This document shows, piece by piece, positions 21,330-30,729 of a stretch of 44,806 bases of DNA. Every line of letters starts with the position of its first letter. Position 1 is the stretch's first letter. The position numbers and the translations under genes are program-made. The notes below the pieces were generated by a model. That model was not told the DNA's origin, made no database searches, and worked only from the letters and a program-made list of their open reading frames with translations. Origin of the DNA: Betaproteobacteria bacterium. Its GTDB lineage: Bacteria; Pseudomonadota; Gammaproteobacteria; Burkholderiales; JACQAP01. The stretch lies in assembly GCA_025357235.1 (NCBI GenBank), contig JANXPQ010000528.1:1-44806 (forward strand). Direction: 5' to 3'.

Positions 21330-23075
21330 TTACTGGAGCGCGAACACCTTCAGCACGCCGGAATCCTTCGGCATGCTCTTCCACGGTTCGCCGAACCAGT
21401 CGCCATAGCCGTCGCCGACCAGGGAGCCCCAGCCGGTCATGACTGCGACGTACTGCTTGCCGCCGGCCATGTAGGTGATGATGCCGCCGTTGCTGCCCTG
21501 GCCGAGGTTGTGTGACCAGAGCTTCTTGCCGTTGGTCGTGTCATACGCGACCAAGGTGCCTTCGGCTTCGGGCACAAACAACACGCCGCCGCCGGTGCTC
21601 AGCAGGCTGGCATGCGGGGTGGCGCCGGGATACTTGATTTCGAACTTCACCGCGCCGGTGATCGGATCGCGTGCACGGATATGGCCATGCATCGACTTCT
21701 CACCCTTCGGCGGCACGGCCGTAAAGTCGGCGCCGATGTTCAGTTGCACCACGGGTTCGGTGATCGGCGGGGTCTTCACGATGGTCAGGTCGATACACCA
21801 CTCGTAGCCGACGCGGTATTCCAGGCCGGTCTTCGGGTTGTAGGTACCCGCGTTCCAGCTCAGGCCGCCCATGATGGCCGGGCAGAGGTTTTCGAACTTG
21901 CCTTCCGTGAAGTCGCGACGACCCACCAGTTCGCCATTGGGCTTGATGTCCTTGACGAAGTTGATGGCATCCACGGCCTTGTACACGTTGACGGGCTTGC
22001 CGGTACGGTCATAGACGAACATGAAGCCGCCCTTGTTGGGGTGCATGACATACTTCTTGCCGTCCCGCTCCAGGAACACGAACTCGCCCATCGCGGAGTC
22101 GAAGTCCCACGCGTCGTGCGGCAGTTCCTGGTGATAGCCCTTCAGTGTGCCGGTGTCCGGATCAAGCAGAATGACGGACGTAACGTAGAGGTTGGTGCCA
22201 GGACGCGCACCTTCCGTCATCCACTTGTCGCCCGACCAGTCGTACAGCGGAGCCGGGTTGGCGGTACCCCACCATACCGAATTGGTTTCGGGATCGTAGC
22301 TGCCGGCCATCCAGCCGCCGCCGCCGCCGACCTTCCAGGAGTCGTTGCCCCAGGTGTCGCGCTTGTCGCTTGCGGTGCCGTCATTGCCGCCGACGGTGAA
22401 GAATTCCCACACCTTTTCGCCGGTCTTGGCATTGACGCCGAAAATCGGCCCACGGTACGGCCACTCGCCGCCTTGCGCGCCGATGATGACCTTGTCCTTG
22501 ACCAGCAGCGGTGCGCCGGTAAAGCCCACGGTCAGCTTCTCGGAATCGATCAGCTTGGTTTCCCAGCTCAGCTTGCCGGTCTTCATGTCGATCGCAGCCA
22601 GCTTGCCGTCCAGAGTGCCCATGAGGATATTGCCGTAACCGGCGGCGAGGCCGCGGTTGTAGGGCGAGTGCGTCTGGCGGGCAACCAGATCTTCATTCAG
22701 TTTCTGCTTGTACGTCCACAGCATCTTTCCCGTCGCGCCATCCAGTGCATAGACCTGGTTGTACGGGCTCGAGTAATACACTATGCCGTCGATGGCCAGC
22801 GGGAAGCCCTGCAATCCGCGATTGGCGCGCGAGGCGGTATGCGACCAGGCTTCGGTCAGCTTGCCCACGGTCTTGGTGTTGATTTGTTCGAGCGGGCTGT
22901 AATGCCACGATTTGTACGAACCGTGATACGTGATCCAGTTGCCCTTTTCGAGTTCCTTGTCTGCATTGAGTACTCGGTTGCCATCGACATCTGCGGCAAA
23001 GGAGCTTCCCGCGGCGACCGCCACGGAAAACGCCGTCGCCAGCGCGATGCGCAGGTAACGTTTTTTGCTAGTCAT
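21330..23075 (-). CDS. periplasmic PQQ-dependent dehydrogenase, methanol/ethanol-family-like 8-bladed propeller
   Basis: The signal peptide ends SSFA. It is colinear by eye with MxaF: GAQGGEWPYRG (metal Glu), GTANPAP (metal Asn) and PHDAWDFDS (catalytic Asp plus Asp at +2). ATG 23075 is preceded by GGAGAGG. The 23288 extension is rejected. Confidence 0.85.
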   Translation of the reverse strand: MTSKKRYLRIALATAFSVAVAAGSSFAADVDGNRVLNADKELEKGNWITYHGSYKSWHYSPLEQINTKTVGKLTEAWSHTASRANRGLQGFPLAIDGIVYYSSPYNQVYALDGATGKMLWTYKQKLNEDLVARQTHSPYNRGLAAGYGNILMGTLDGKLAAIDMKTGKLSWETKLIDSEKLTVGFTGAPLLVKDKVIIGAQGGEWPYRGPIFGVNAKTGEKVWEFFTVGGNDGTASDKRDTWGNDSWKVGGGGGWMAGSYDPETNSVWWGTANPAPLYDWSGDKWMTEGARPGTNLYVTSVILLDPDTGTLKGYHQELPHDAWDFDSAMGEFVFLERDGKKYVMHPNKGGFMFVYDRTGKPVNVYKAVDAINFVKDIKPNGELVGRRDFTEGKFENLCPAIMGGLSWNAGTYNPKTGLEYRVGYEWCIDLTIVKTPPITEPVVQLNIGADFTAVPPKGEKSMHGHIRARDPITGAVKFEIKYPGATPHASLLSTGGGVLFVPEAEGTLVAYDTTNGKKLWSHNLGQGSNGGIITYMAGGKQYVAVMTGWGSLVGDGYGDWFGEPWKSMPKDSGVLKVFALQ

Positions 23076-23259
23076 GATTGGATTCCTCTCCAGAATTATT
23101 TCCCAAGGTAAGCCATGTCGCCGCGGGATCGTTTTTCGACAAGAATTGGCAGTCAGACGACGCGCCCGCCATTCTTTTCCCTCTTTGCAGTAACCGCGAT
23201 GTTTGGACGCCTTCTTGACACGCTGAGGCGAGCCCGGTTCCGCATTTCGGTATGCGGGG

Positions 23260-23288
23260 ATTCTCGGGATGTTTTCCCGGTGAGTCAA
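23260..23288 (-). promoter_or_regulatory. candidate sigma-70 promoter for the PQQ dehydrogenase gene
   Basis: The minus strand reads TTGACT-17 nt-GAGAAT. It lies about 180 nt upstream of the ATG and just downstream of the mutM terminator. Confidence 0.4.
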
Positions 23289-23290
23289 GG

Positions 23291-23311
23291 AAAAAACGGC
23301 ATCTTATGCCG
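23291..23311 (-). terminator. candidate intrinsic terminator after mutM
   Basis: The minus strand reads CGGCAT-AAG-ATGCCG followed by TTTTTT. The stem is short (6 bp). Confidence 0.5.
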
Positions 23312-23363
23312 GGAACACAGGAAGCTTCTATTCGCAAAGCGCGACGGGCAGCAGGGAAATTTC

Positions 23364-24182
23364 CTATCGGCGCTGGCAGGTGGGGCAGAAAAACGTCGAG
23401 CGCTGTCCCTGGCGCAGGGATTTGATGGATGTGCCACATACCCGGCAGAGGTCGCCCTGTCGGCCATAAACGAAATAGGTTTGCTGAAAAACCCCCGGAC
23501 GGCCTTCCGCGCCGACGTAATCGCGCAGGGTGCTGCCGCCGGCTTCAATGGCGGCAGTGAGCGTTTCCCGGATGGCGAAAACCAGTTTTTCGCAACGCAG
23601 CAATGAAATGCGGCCGGCGGCGAGGCCGGGATGAATGCCGGCACGAAACAGCGATTCACTCGCGTAGATATTGCCGACGCCGACCACGATGTGGCTATCC
23701 ATCACGATGGTTTTGATCGCCGCACTGCGGCCGCGAGTATGGGCATGCACCCAGGCTGCATTGAATTCGGACCCCAGCGGCTCGGGGGCCAGCCGTACCA
23801 GCAGCGGATGATTGAGCGGATCGTTGGGCTCCCAGAGAACCGCGCCAAAGCGGCGGGGGTCGGTCAGCCTGGCGACCATTCCCGAGGCAAGCACCAGATC
23901 GACGTGATCGTGCTTGCCGGGCGGCACTGATCCGGAGACCACCTGCAGGCTGCCGGACATGCCCAGATGCAGAATGATCCAGCCGGATCCGCAATCGATC
24001 AGCAGATATTTTCCGCGCCGCTCGACGGCGCGCACGGTGCGGCCGGAAACCCGCCTGGCCAGATCATGCGGGACCGGCCAGCGCAGCGCGCGATTGCGCA
24101 CGATCACGGTTTCCACGCGCTGGCCCAGCATGTGCGGCACCAGGCCGCGGCGTGTGGTTTCGACCTCGGGCAGTTCCGGCAC
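23364..24182 (-). CDS. mutM: formamidopyrimidine-DNA glycosylase
   Basis: The N-terminus is MPELPEVETTRRGL. A C-terminal zinc finger CRVCGTSI...FFCPTCQ is present. Confidence 0.95.
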   Translation of the reverse strand: MPELPEVETTRRGLVPHMLGQRVETVIVRNRALRWPVPHDLARRVSGRTVRAVERRGKYLLIDCGSGWIILHLGMSGSLQVVSGSVPPGKHDHVDLVLASGMVARLTDPRRFGAVLWEPNDPLNHPLLVRLAPEPLGSEFNAAWVHAHTRGRSAAIKTIVMDSHIVVGVGNIYASESLFRAGIHPGLAAGRISLLRCEKLVFAIRETLTAAIEAGGSTLRDYVGAEGRPGVFQQTYFVYGRQGDLCRVCGTSIKSLRQGQRSTFFCPTCQRR

Positions 24183-24192
24183 GGCACACCCG

Positions 24193-25050
24193 CTATTTTT
24201 TTGCGACGACGCGCGGATCGGTCAGCCGGCGTCCGACTTCCACGCCGAAGTGGTAGCGCATCGCGTTGTCGTCGCGCGCCAGCTGGAAGTCCGGTTCCTT
24301 TTGCAGAATGCGCATGGTCACCGCTTTTCCGCCTTTGAAGCGGACGGTTACCTGTTCGCTCGCGCGGCTGCCCTTGTCCGGCTCCACGCTGAGGGCGGAC
24401 GTATAACGCCATTCGTCGGCCCAGCGATTGAAATCGTCCTGCGATAACGCTGTTTCTTTCGTCGTGGCAAATTCGCCGCTTGCCGCCCAGGATCCTTTGT
24501 CGTCGCGGATGATCCGATAGCGGCCGAAGTCGAATGCCACCGGCACTTCGCCCGCATCGAGCAGGCGCCGGCTCAGCAGTTTGGTCGCGTCGGTGGGGAT
24601 GCCATAGCCGTACAGCGGCGGCACCAGATACACGCCACCGGCGGTGGCGACGTATTGTTCGTAGGTGATGTCGTTCACGCGGCCGAAGGAGAATGCCTGG
24701 TCGTTGAGGGTTACGCGCACCTGGGGCGGATTCAGATCGAACTGGGTGAGGTCGGCATTCGCGAGTTTCTGTTTGGCGCTGGCATTGACGATGTCGACCA
24801 GGCGATCCACCTGCGTGGCATCGGCTTGCGCGTTGAGCGGCGCGACGATCCGCCATGCGCCATCGTGTTTTTCCAGTTTGATGGCCGTGGCACCGCGCGG
24901 CTCGACGACGATGCTGGTCACTTCGTCGCGCTTGAGCGGGGTCAGCTTGATCGTCGCGGGCGTGTCCTGCCAGGGCTTGAAATAGGCATAGAGCGACAAG
25001 GCGACCAGCGCCGCTATCAGTGCCAGATTGAGCAGAACCTTGGACTTCAT
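24193..25050 (-). CDS. DUF4340-type membrane-anchored protein, last gene of the GldG-type ABC operon
   Basis: An N-terminal TM helix (VLLNLALIAALVALSLYAYF) is followed by a beta-rich soluble region. ATG 25050 overlaps the upstream stop (ATGA). Confidence 0.6.
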   Translation of the reverse strand: MKSKVLLNLALIAALVALSLYAYFKPWQDTPATIKLTPLKRDEVTSIVVEPRGATAIKLEKHDGAWRIVAPLNAQADATQVDRLVDIVNASAKQKLANADLTQFDLNPPQVRVTLNDQAFSFGRVNDITYEQYVATAGGVYLVPPLYGYGIPTDATKLLSRRLLDAGEVPVAFDFGRYRIIRDDKGSWAASGEFATTKETALSQDDFNRWADEWRYTSALSVEPDKGSRASEQVTVRFKGGKAVTMRILQKEPDFQLARDDNAMRYHFGVEVGRRLTDPRVVAKK

Positions 25051-26396
25051 GCCTTGCGCCGCCGCCACCAGATGACGCCGCCGGAGATCAGCAGGGCCAG
25101 CGGCAGCACGAGCAGGAAACCGAAGCCGATGAGCGCCAGCCCGGAGCGCGTGAGTTCGAGCGTCAGGTCCGAACGGGTGCGCGGCTGCACGGTAATCAGC
25201 GCCTCGTCACCGGCGAGCCAGTTGATCATGTTCACGCCCAGGTCGAGATTGCCCAGGGTGCCGATAAACTGATTGGCGAGGAAATGTCCGCTTCCCGTCA
25301 CCACCACACGCTGCTTGCGGTCGCCGACGCTGCGTTCCAGCGCCGCGGCCACCACGATCGGTCCGCGCACATCCTTGTTGCGGTCGAAGGCGACATTGTT
25401 GTCGATGCTGCCGGTTTCGAGCCAGCCTTCCTGCGCCACCTCGACCAGCGGCGCAAAACGCCATTTTGTCCCCTCGCTGGCCGCGATCCTGCGCGCGTAG
25501 GGAAATACGCTGGTGACGGTCGATCTCTCGGTGATGCGGTGTTTGCCATAGGCGGTCGCGAGCGCGAAAGTCGGCGGGAGCTTGAGTCCGCCGGCACTCG
25601 GATCGATTACCGTGCCGGACATGAGGCTCAGTCCCAACTCGTCTGCCAGACCCTGCATTCCGTGCAGCGAATCGTTGTCGATCAGCCACAACAGGTTGCC
25701 GCCCTTCTCGATCCAGCGCTTGATCTTGATGACTTCTCCGGGCAGCAGATCGACGCGCGGGCCGGCGATGATCAGCACGGCAACGTTGTCCGGAACTTCC
25801 TGGGCCACGGCCAGGTTCAGTGCCGCGGTCTTGAAGCCCTTGACGCTCAGCTGCCCGCCGAAGTCGCCAAGGTCATGGTTGGCACGTCCATCGAGCTTGC
25901 GTTCGCCATGGCCGTCCAGGTAAACCACCTGACGTTCCGCCGAACGTACCAGTCTGAGCAGAAGATTGGTCAGGTCCTGCTCGGTGAGGCTGGTCAGATG
26001 CTCGCTGCGGCCGTTGTACTCCACCACCAGTTCGCCGTTCGCACGCACGCCGGCAGCCTGCGTTTTTTGCGGCTGGTCGCGCGGGTCGATGAACGTCAGC
26101 AGGAAATCCTTCTTGGCGCGCTGATAACTGCCGAGAAAGGTTTCCACTGTCTTGCGGGCGTCGCCCTCGGCATCCTGCGTGGTCGCATAGGCGGTGACCC
26201 TGACCGGCCCGGTAACCTGCTTGAGCACGTCGATCGATGCCTGCGACAGCGTATTGCGCTGTCCCTGGGTCAGATCCCATTGCGTCTTGACGTCCTTGGT
26301 GACCCAGACGATGGCCATGGCGAAGCCGATCAGCAGAATGACGAACAGGCCGTTCTGGATCAGCAGTTGCAGTCTAAGTTTGCGATTCAGTTTCAT
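25047..26396 (-). CDS. GldG-like ABC transporter auxiliary protein
   Basis: N- and C-terminal TM helices flank a large periplasmic domain. It follows an ABC-2 permease with an ATGA overlap. The 26639 start is rejected as an extension into the permease gene. Confidence 0.7.
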   Translation of the reverse strand: MKLNRKLRLQLLIQNGLFVILLIGFAMAIVWVTKDVKTQWDLTQGQRNTLSQASIDVLKQVTGPVRVTAYATTQDAEGDARKTVETFLGSYQRAKKDFLLTFIDPRDQPQKTQAAGVRANGELVVEYNGRSEHLTSLTEQDLTNLLLRLVRSAERQVVYLDGHGERKLDGRANHDLGDFGGQLSVKGFKTAALNLAVAQEVPDNVAVLIIAGPRVDLLPGEVIKIKRWIEKGGNLLWLIDNDSLHGMQGLADELGLSLMSGTVIDPSAGGLKLPPTFALATAYGKHRITERSTVTSVFPYARRIAASEGTKWRFAPLVEVAQEGWLETGSIDNNVAFDRNKDVRGPIVVAAALERSVGDRKQRVVVTGSGHFLANQFIGTLGNLDLGVNMINWLAGDEALITVQPRTRSDLTLELTRSGLALIGFGFLLVLPLALLISGGVIWWRRRKA

Positions 26397-27136
26397 GCGC
26401 GTAACCGGTCGGCGTCGAGGCGCCGGATCGAAAGGATGAGGAACACCGCAGTCAGCAGAGCGAAATAAATCAGATCGGTCACCGCGATGGCGCCGTTCAT
26501 GAAGCCTTCGAAATGCTTGAGCAGGGAGAACAGGTGAACGGGGCTGGCGGGATCGGACGCGGCGATGTTGATCAGCCACAGCACCAGAAAGGCCGCGAGG
26601 GCGCCGATCGCCGCCACCACGGGGTGGGTTGTCAGGCACGACACATACAGGCCGATGGCGGCAAAACTGCCGGTCAGCAGCAATAATCCGAGCAGGTTTG
26701 CGACGAGCAGGCCGTAGTCGAGCTTGCCGCCCATCAGCAGCGACAGAGCCATGAGTGCAATGAGCCCGCCCACCATCGCCAGGAAAATCGCCGTTGCCAG
26801 AAATTTACCGAGCACGATCTGCGTCATGGATACCGGCGCCGACATCAGCATGGTCATGGTCTTGTTGCGCCGTTCCTCCGCGATCAGCCGCATGGTCAGC
26901 AACGGCACGGACATTAGCAGCACGATCGATGCGATGCCGAACATCGGTACCACGACGATCTCGGTCAGTCCGGGGGCGTTCGGCACGCGCGCCAGTTGTC
27001 CCTGGATGGTGAGGAAATAGTCGACGCGAGTCAGGAAAATCCAGGCGAGGATGACCTGCAGGAAAGCCAGCACCACCCATGCCAGCGGCGAGGCGAACAG
27101 CGTGCGCAATTCTTTCGAGATGATGGTGCGAATCAT
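26393..27136 (-). CDS. ABC-2 family transporter permease
   Basis: It is a six-TM hydrophobic protein of 247 aa, coupled to the ATPase upstream and the GldG-like gene downstream. Confidence 0.8.
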   Translation of the reverse strand: MIRTIISKELRTLFASPLAWVVLAFLQVILAWIFLTRVDYFLTIQGQLARVPNAPGLTEIVVVPMFGIASIVLLMSVPLLTMRLIAEERRNKTMTMLMSAPVSMTQIVLGKFLATAIFLAMVGGLIALMALSLLMGGKLDYGLLVANLLGLLLLTGSFAAIGLYVSCLTTHPVVAAIGALAAFLVLWLINIAASDPASPVHLFSLLKHFEGFMNGAIAVTDLIYFALLTAVFLILSIRRLDADRLRA

Positions 27137-28095
27137 GCGGACACCTCTTCCTGTTCTTCTTCGCGATGCGTCAATTGCACGAACACTTCCTCGAGGCTGG
27201 CCTGTGCCGGCTGCAGTTGGAACAGTCCCCAGCCGCGTTCGACCGATGCGCGCACCAGCTCGTCGGTCGGATCGTTGCCGCCATGAGGGTGCACGCGAAA
27301 CAGATTGGCGCTGACGGCATCGACCGAAGCGCCGCCGGCGACGCGGCCGATATCCTCCGGCGAGGGCGGGTTGCGCAGGCCGAGCTGCAGCATCTGGCCG
27401 CCGCGAAACTGCTTCAGCCCGGCAATGGTGTCGTTGAACACGACTTCACCACGATGCAGGATCTGCACGCGATCGCATACGGCTTCGACTTCCGGCAGGA
27501 TGTGCGTGGACAGAATCAGGCTGTGATCGCGTCCCAGGTCCTTGATCAGGGTGCGGATCTCGCGAATCTGGTTGGGATCGAGTCCCACCGTCGGTTCATC
27601 GAGAATGATCACGTCGGGCTCATGGATGATGGCTTGGGCGATGCCGACGCGCTGCTGATAGCCCTTGGACAGCGCGCCGATCAGCCGGCCTCCCATGTCG
27701 CCGAGGCCGCAGCGGTCCTTGGCACGCTGTACCGCTTGTGCGATCGCGCTTTTCCTGACTTTGTGCAGGCGTCCGGCCAGACGCAGGTATTCGTCGACCT
27801 TGAGCTCCCGATATAGCGGCGGGACCTCGGGAAGATAGCCGATGCGCGATTTGGCCTGGGTCGGCCGCTCGAGCAGGTCGATGCCGCAGATGTCCACTTC
27901 GCCGCTGGTGGGGGCGAGGTTGCCGGTGAGCATCTGCATAGTGGTGGTTTTGCCGGCGCCGTTCGGGCCCAGCAGCCCCAGGACTTCGCCGCGTTTGAGT
28001 TGCAGTGAGACTTCGCGCACCGCGCGATTGCTGCCGTAAGACCGCGATAATGCGCGCGCGGAAACGGTCGAATCTGAGCTTGCCGTTGTGGTCAT
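27133..28095 (-). CDS. ABC transporter ATP-binding protein
   Basis: Walker A GPNGAGKTT, signature LSKGYQQR and Walker B IILDEPT are present. Start chosen at ATG 28095. Confidence 0.9.
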   Translation of the reverse strand: MTTTASSDSTVSARALSRSYGSNRAVREVSLQLKRGEVLGLLGPNGAGKTTTMQMLTGNLAPTSGEVDICGIDLLERPTQAKSRIGYLPEVPPLYRELKVDEYLRLAGRLHKVRKSAIAQAVQRAKDRCGLGDMGGRLIGALSKGYQQRVGIAQAIIHEPDVIILDEPTVGLDPNQIREIRTLIKDLGRDHSLILSTHILPEVEAVCDRVQILHRGEVVFNDTIAGLKQFRGGQMLQLGLRNPPSPEDIGRVAGGASVDAVSANLFRVHPHGGNDPTDELVRASVERGWGLFQLQPAQASLEEVFVQLTHREEEQEEVSA

Positions 28096-28329
28096 GCCCT
28101 CGCCTTGTTGGTCGAATGTTGTGGAGATCTGCCGTCGATTTTGCAACCCCGGTCCGGATGCCTCGACCTCCGGATTAAGCCGGCGCAGATACCGGCACAT
28201 GGATGCGGGATCACTTGTGATGGGCGCTAAATATACCTAAACTGTCCGCTGGATTGAAGAACTTCGCGCAGGATCGGAACCTCTAACGGTCACTCGAGCA
28301 TTTCTGCGTCTCACAACCTCCGCACCTCC

Positions 28330-30144
28330 ATGTCAGGTACCCCGCCAATTCTTGCTACCCCGCTCATCGTGTTCTGCCTGGCGCTGGGCGCCTGCGCGCA
28401 GCCCGGCGCCCGTGCCGGCCATGAAGGCGGCGCCAGCCGCGTCGCCGCCGCAGGCGCCGATGCCGGCCTGTCCGCGCAAGCCGACCCGGAAAACTTCGAA
28501 GAGCAGGCCCGCGAGGTCTTCGGGACGAAATCGCTGTCCCGTACCGACCTGCCCGACCGGAACTTGGATTCGGATCTGCTCTATAAGTTTCTGCTCGCCG
28601 AAATCGCCGGCCAGCGCGGGAATTACCAGATTGCCGCGCAAGCCTATCTGGAAATGGCCAAGACCACCCGCGACCCGCGCATCGCCCGACGGGCCACCGA
28701 AGTCGCGCTCTACGGCCGCTATACCGACATTGCCATAGAAGCAGCCAAACTCTGGCTGGCAACCGAAAAGGATTCGACCGCGGCGCGGCAGACGCTGGCG
28801 GCCCTGTTCGTCAACAACAACGACCTGCCAGCGGCAAAGCCGTTGTTGCAGGAGATGCTGACGGCGGACGGGGACAACATCGGCCAGTCGCTTGCGCAAC
28901 TGTATCCGCTGCTGAACAAGCACGCCGACAAGAAAGCGGTGCTGGCGCTCATCAGCGAATTGACCAAGCCTTACAGTGACCGGCCGGAGGCGCACCTCGC
29001 CATGTCAGAGGCCTCGCTGGCCGCCAATAAATACGACGCAGCGCTGGCGGAAATCCGCGAAGCGATGCGTTTGCGTCCGGACTGGGAGTCCGGCGCGCTG
29101 TTCCAGGCGCAGCTTCTCAGCCGCGAGTCGCGCGTCAAGGCTCTCGACTATTTGAAATCTTTCCTGGATGCCAATCCGAAGGCGCAGGAAATCAGGCTCG
29201 CCTACGCGCGCCAGCTGATCAACGACAAGAAATTTCCGGAAGCCCGCGCCGAGTTCCAGCGGTTGCTCGACAACAACCCGAACAACGGCGACATCGCCGT
29301 CACGGTGGCCTTGCTATCGGTGCAGATGAACGACCTCGATGTCGCCGAAGTCCAGTTGAAGCGCGTACTGGCGATGGATTACAAGGATCCGGACGCAGTG
29401 CGCTTCCATCTTGGCCAGGTCAATGAGGAGCGCAAGCGCTACGACGAAGCGGCCAAATGGTATTTGTCGGTGGAAGAGGGCGAACAATTCGTCCCGGCCC
29501 ACGCGCGCTACGCGTTCATGCTGGCCAAACAGGGCAAGCTCGCCGAGGCGCGGGCGCATCTGCAGAATCTCGTGCCTCAAAACGACGCCCAGCGTGCGCA
29601 GATCATGCAATCCGAGGCGCAATTGATGCGGGAAGCGAAGGACTATAAGGAGTCCTTCGAAATCCTCAGAAAAGCACTCGATGTGCAGCCGGACCAGCCC
29701 GAGTTGCTTTACGACGTTGCGCTGGCTGCCGAGAAAATCGATCGCATCGACATCGTGGAGACCAACCTGCGGCGGCTGATTGTCCTCAAGCCCGACCATG
29801 CGCAGGCGTACAACGCGCTCGGCTATACCCTTGCCGATCGCACCGATCGCCTGGCCGAAGCACGCGAATACATCGAGAAGGCGCTTAAGCTGTCGCCGGA
29901 GGATCCTTTCATTCTCGACAGCATGGGCTGGGTGGAGTATCGCCTGGGCCACGTGGCGCAGGGCCTGCAATACCTGGAACGCGCCTTCCAGCAGCGCCCG
30001 GATCCGGAGATCGCTGCCCATCTCGGTGAAGTGATGTGGGCCAAGGGCGACAAACCCGGTGCGGAAAAAGTCTGGCGCGATGCGCTGCGCGACAATCCGG
30101 AAAACGACGAGCTGCAGAAGGTCATCAAGAAATACCTGCGCTAA
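28330..30144 (+). CDS. tetratricopeptide-repeat lipoprotein
   Basis: A lipobox LALGAC is present, followed by many TPR-like helical repeats. It sits in the conserved position upstream of lolB. Confidence 0.8.
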   Translation: MSGTPPILATPLIVFCLALGACAQPGARAGHEGGASRVAAAGADAGLSAQADPENFEEQAREVFGTKSLSRTDLPDRNLDSDLLYKFLLAEIAGQRGNYQIAAQAYLEMAKTTRDPRIARRATEVALYGRYTDIAIEAAKLWLATEKDSTAARQTLAALFVNNNDLPAAKPLLQEMLTADGDNIGQSLAQLYPLLNKHADKKAVLALISELTKPYSDRPEAHLAMSEASLAANKYDAALAEIREAMRLRPDWESGALFQAQLLSRESRVKALDYLKSFLDANPKAQEIRLAYARQLINDKKFPEARAEFQRLLDNNPNNGDIAVTVALLSVQMNDLDVAEVQLKRVLAMDYKDPDAVRFHLGQVNEERKRYDEAAKWYLSVEEGEQFVPAHARYAFMLAKQGKLAEARAHLQNLVPQNDAQRAQIMQSEAQLMREAKDYKESFEILRKALDVQPDQPELLYDVALAAEKIDRIDIVETNLRRLIVLKPDHAQAYNALGYTLADRTDRLAEAREYIEKALKLSPEDPFILDSMGWVEYRLGHVAQGLQYLERAFQQRPDPEIAAHLGEVMWAKGDKPGAEKVWRDALRDNPENDELQKVIKKYLR

Positions 30145-30153
30145 AGCTGGCCC

Positions 30154-30729
30154 ATGCGACATCAGTTCGGCGTTTTCGCGCTCTGCGGTGTCCTTGCGGC
30201 ATTGGCCGGATGTGCTTCCACCGGACCCGTGCAAATCCTGCCGGCTTCCAATGCAGCGATCGAGGCGTTCTCCCTGAGCGGAAGAGTCGCAGTCAAACTC
30301 GACGATCGCGGTTACACCGCCAGTTTGCGCTGGCGCCATTCGGCAACCCGCGACTCGCTGAGGCTGCTTTCCCCGGTCGGTTCCGTGGTCGGTGAAATCG
30401 AGTCCGACGGCAATGGCGCCACGCTGACGACCGGCGACAAAAAAGTATATCGATCGAACGACGCGCAGGCGTTGACCCGCGAAGTTCTCGGCTGGGATCT
30501 GCCGCTTGCCGGGCTGCGCTATTGGGTTATCGGCCGCGCCGATGCGGCAGCGCCGGTGCAGGCGCAGGACCGCGACGACAAGCAGCGGCTCAAGAGCCTG
30601 ACACAGAACGATTGGCGCATCGCCTACCTCGAATATTTCGGCGACAGCGCCCTGCCTGCGCGCCTGTCCCTCGTCTACGACCGGCTCCATCTGCGCCTGA
30701 TTATCGAACACTGGGAGTTGCCCAAGTGA
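30154..30729 (+). CDS. lolB: outer membrane lipoprotein insertion protein LolB
   Basis: A lipobox LAALAGC is present in 191 aa. It lies immediately upstream of ispE. Confidence 0.8.
   Translation: MRHQFGVFALCGVLAALAGCASTGPVQILPASNAAIEAFSLSGRVAVKLDDRGYTASLRWRHSATRDSLRLLSPVGSVVGEIESDGNGATLTTGDKKVYRSNDAQALTREVLGWDLPLAGLRYWVIGRADAAAPVQAQDRDDKQRLKSLTQNDWRIAYLEYFGDSALPARLSLVYDRLHLRLIIEHWELPK

Noticed and set aside
23076-23290. A sigma-54 promoter or enhancer-type control of the quinoprotein gene.
   Set aside because: No TGGCAC-N5-TTGC-like match was seen on the minus strand by eye, only a sigma-70-like candidate. This cannot be excluded without a matrix scan.
28096-28329. Small ORFs (13-20 codons) and possible sRNA in the 234-bp divergent spacer between the ABC ATPase and the TPR gene.
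   Set aside because: There is no Shine-Dalgarno sequence and no strong hairpin plus T-run. It is most simply a divergent promoter region; TTGTGA-17-TAAACT is a weak candidate for the TPR gene.
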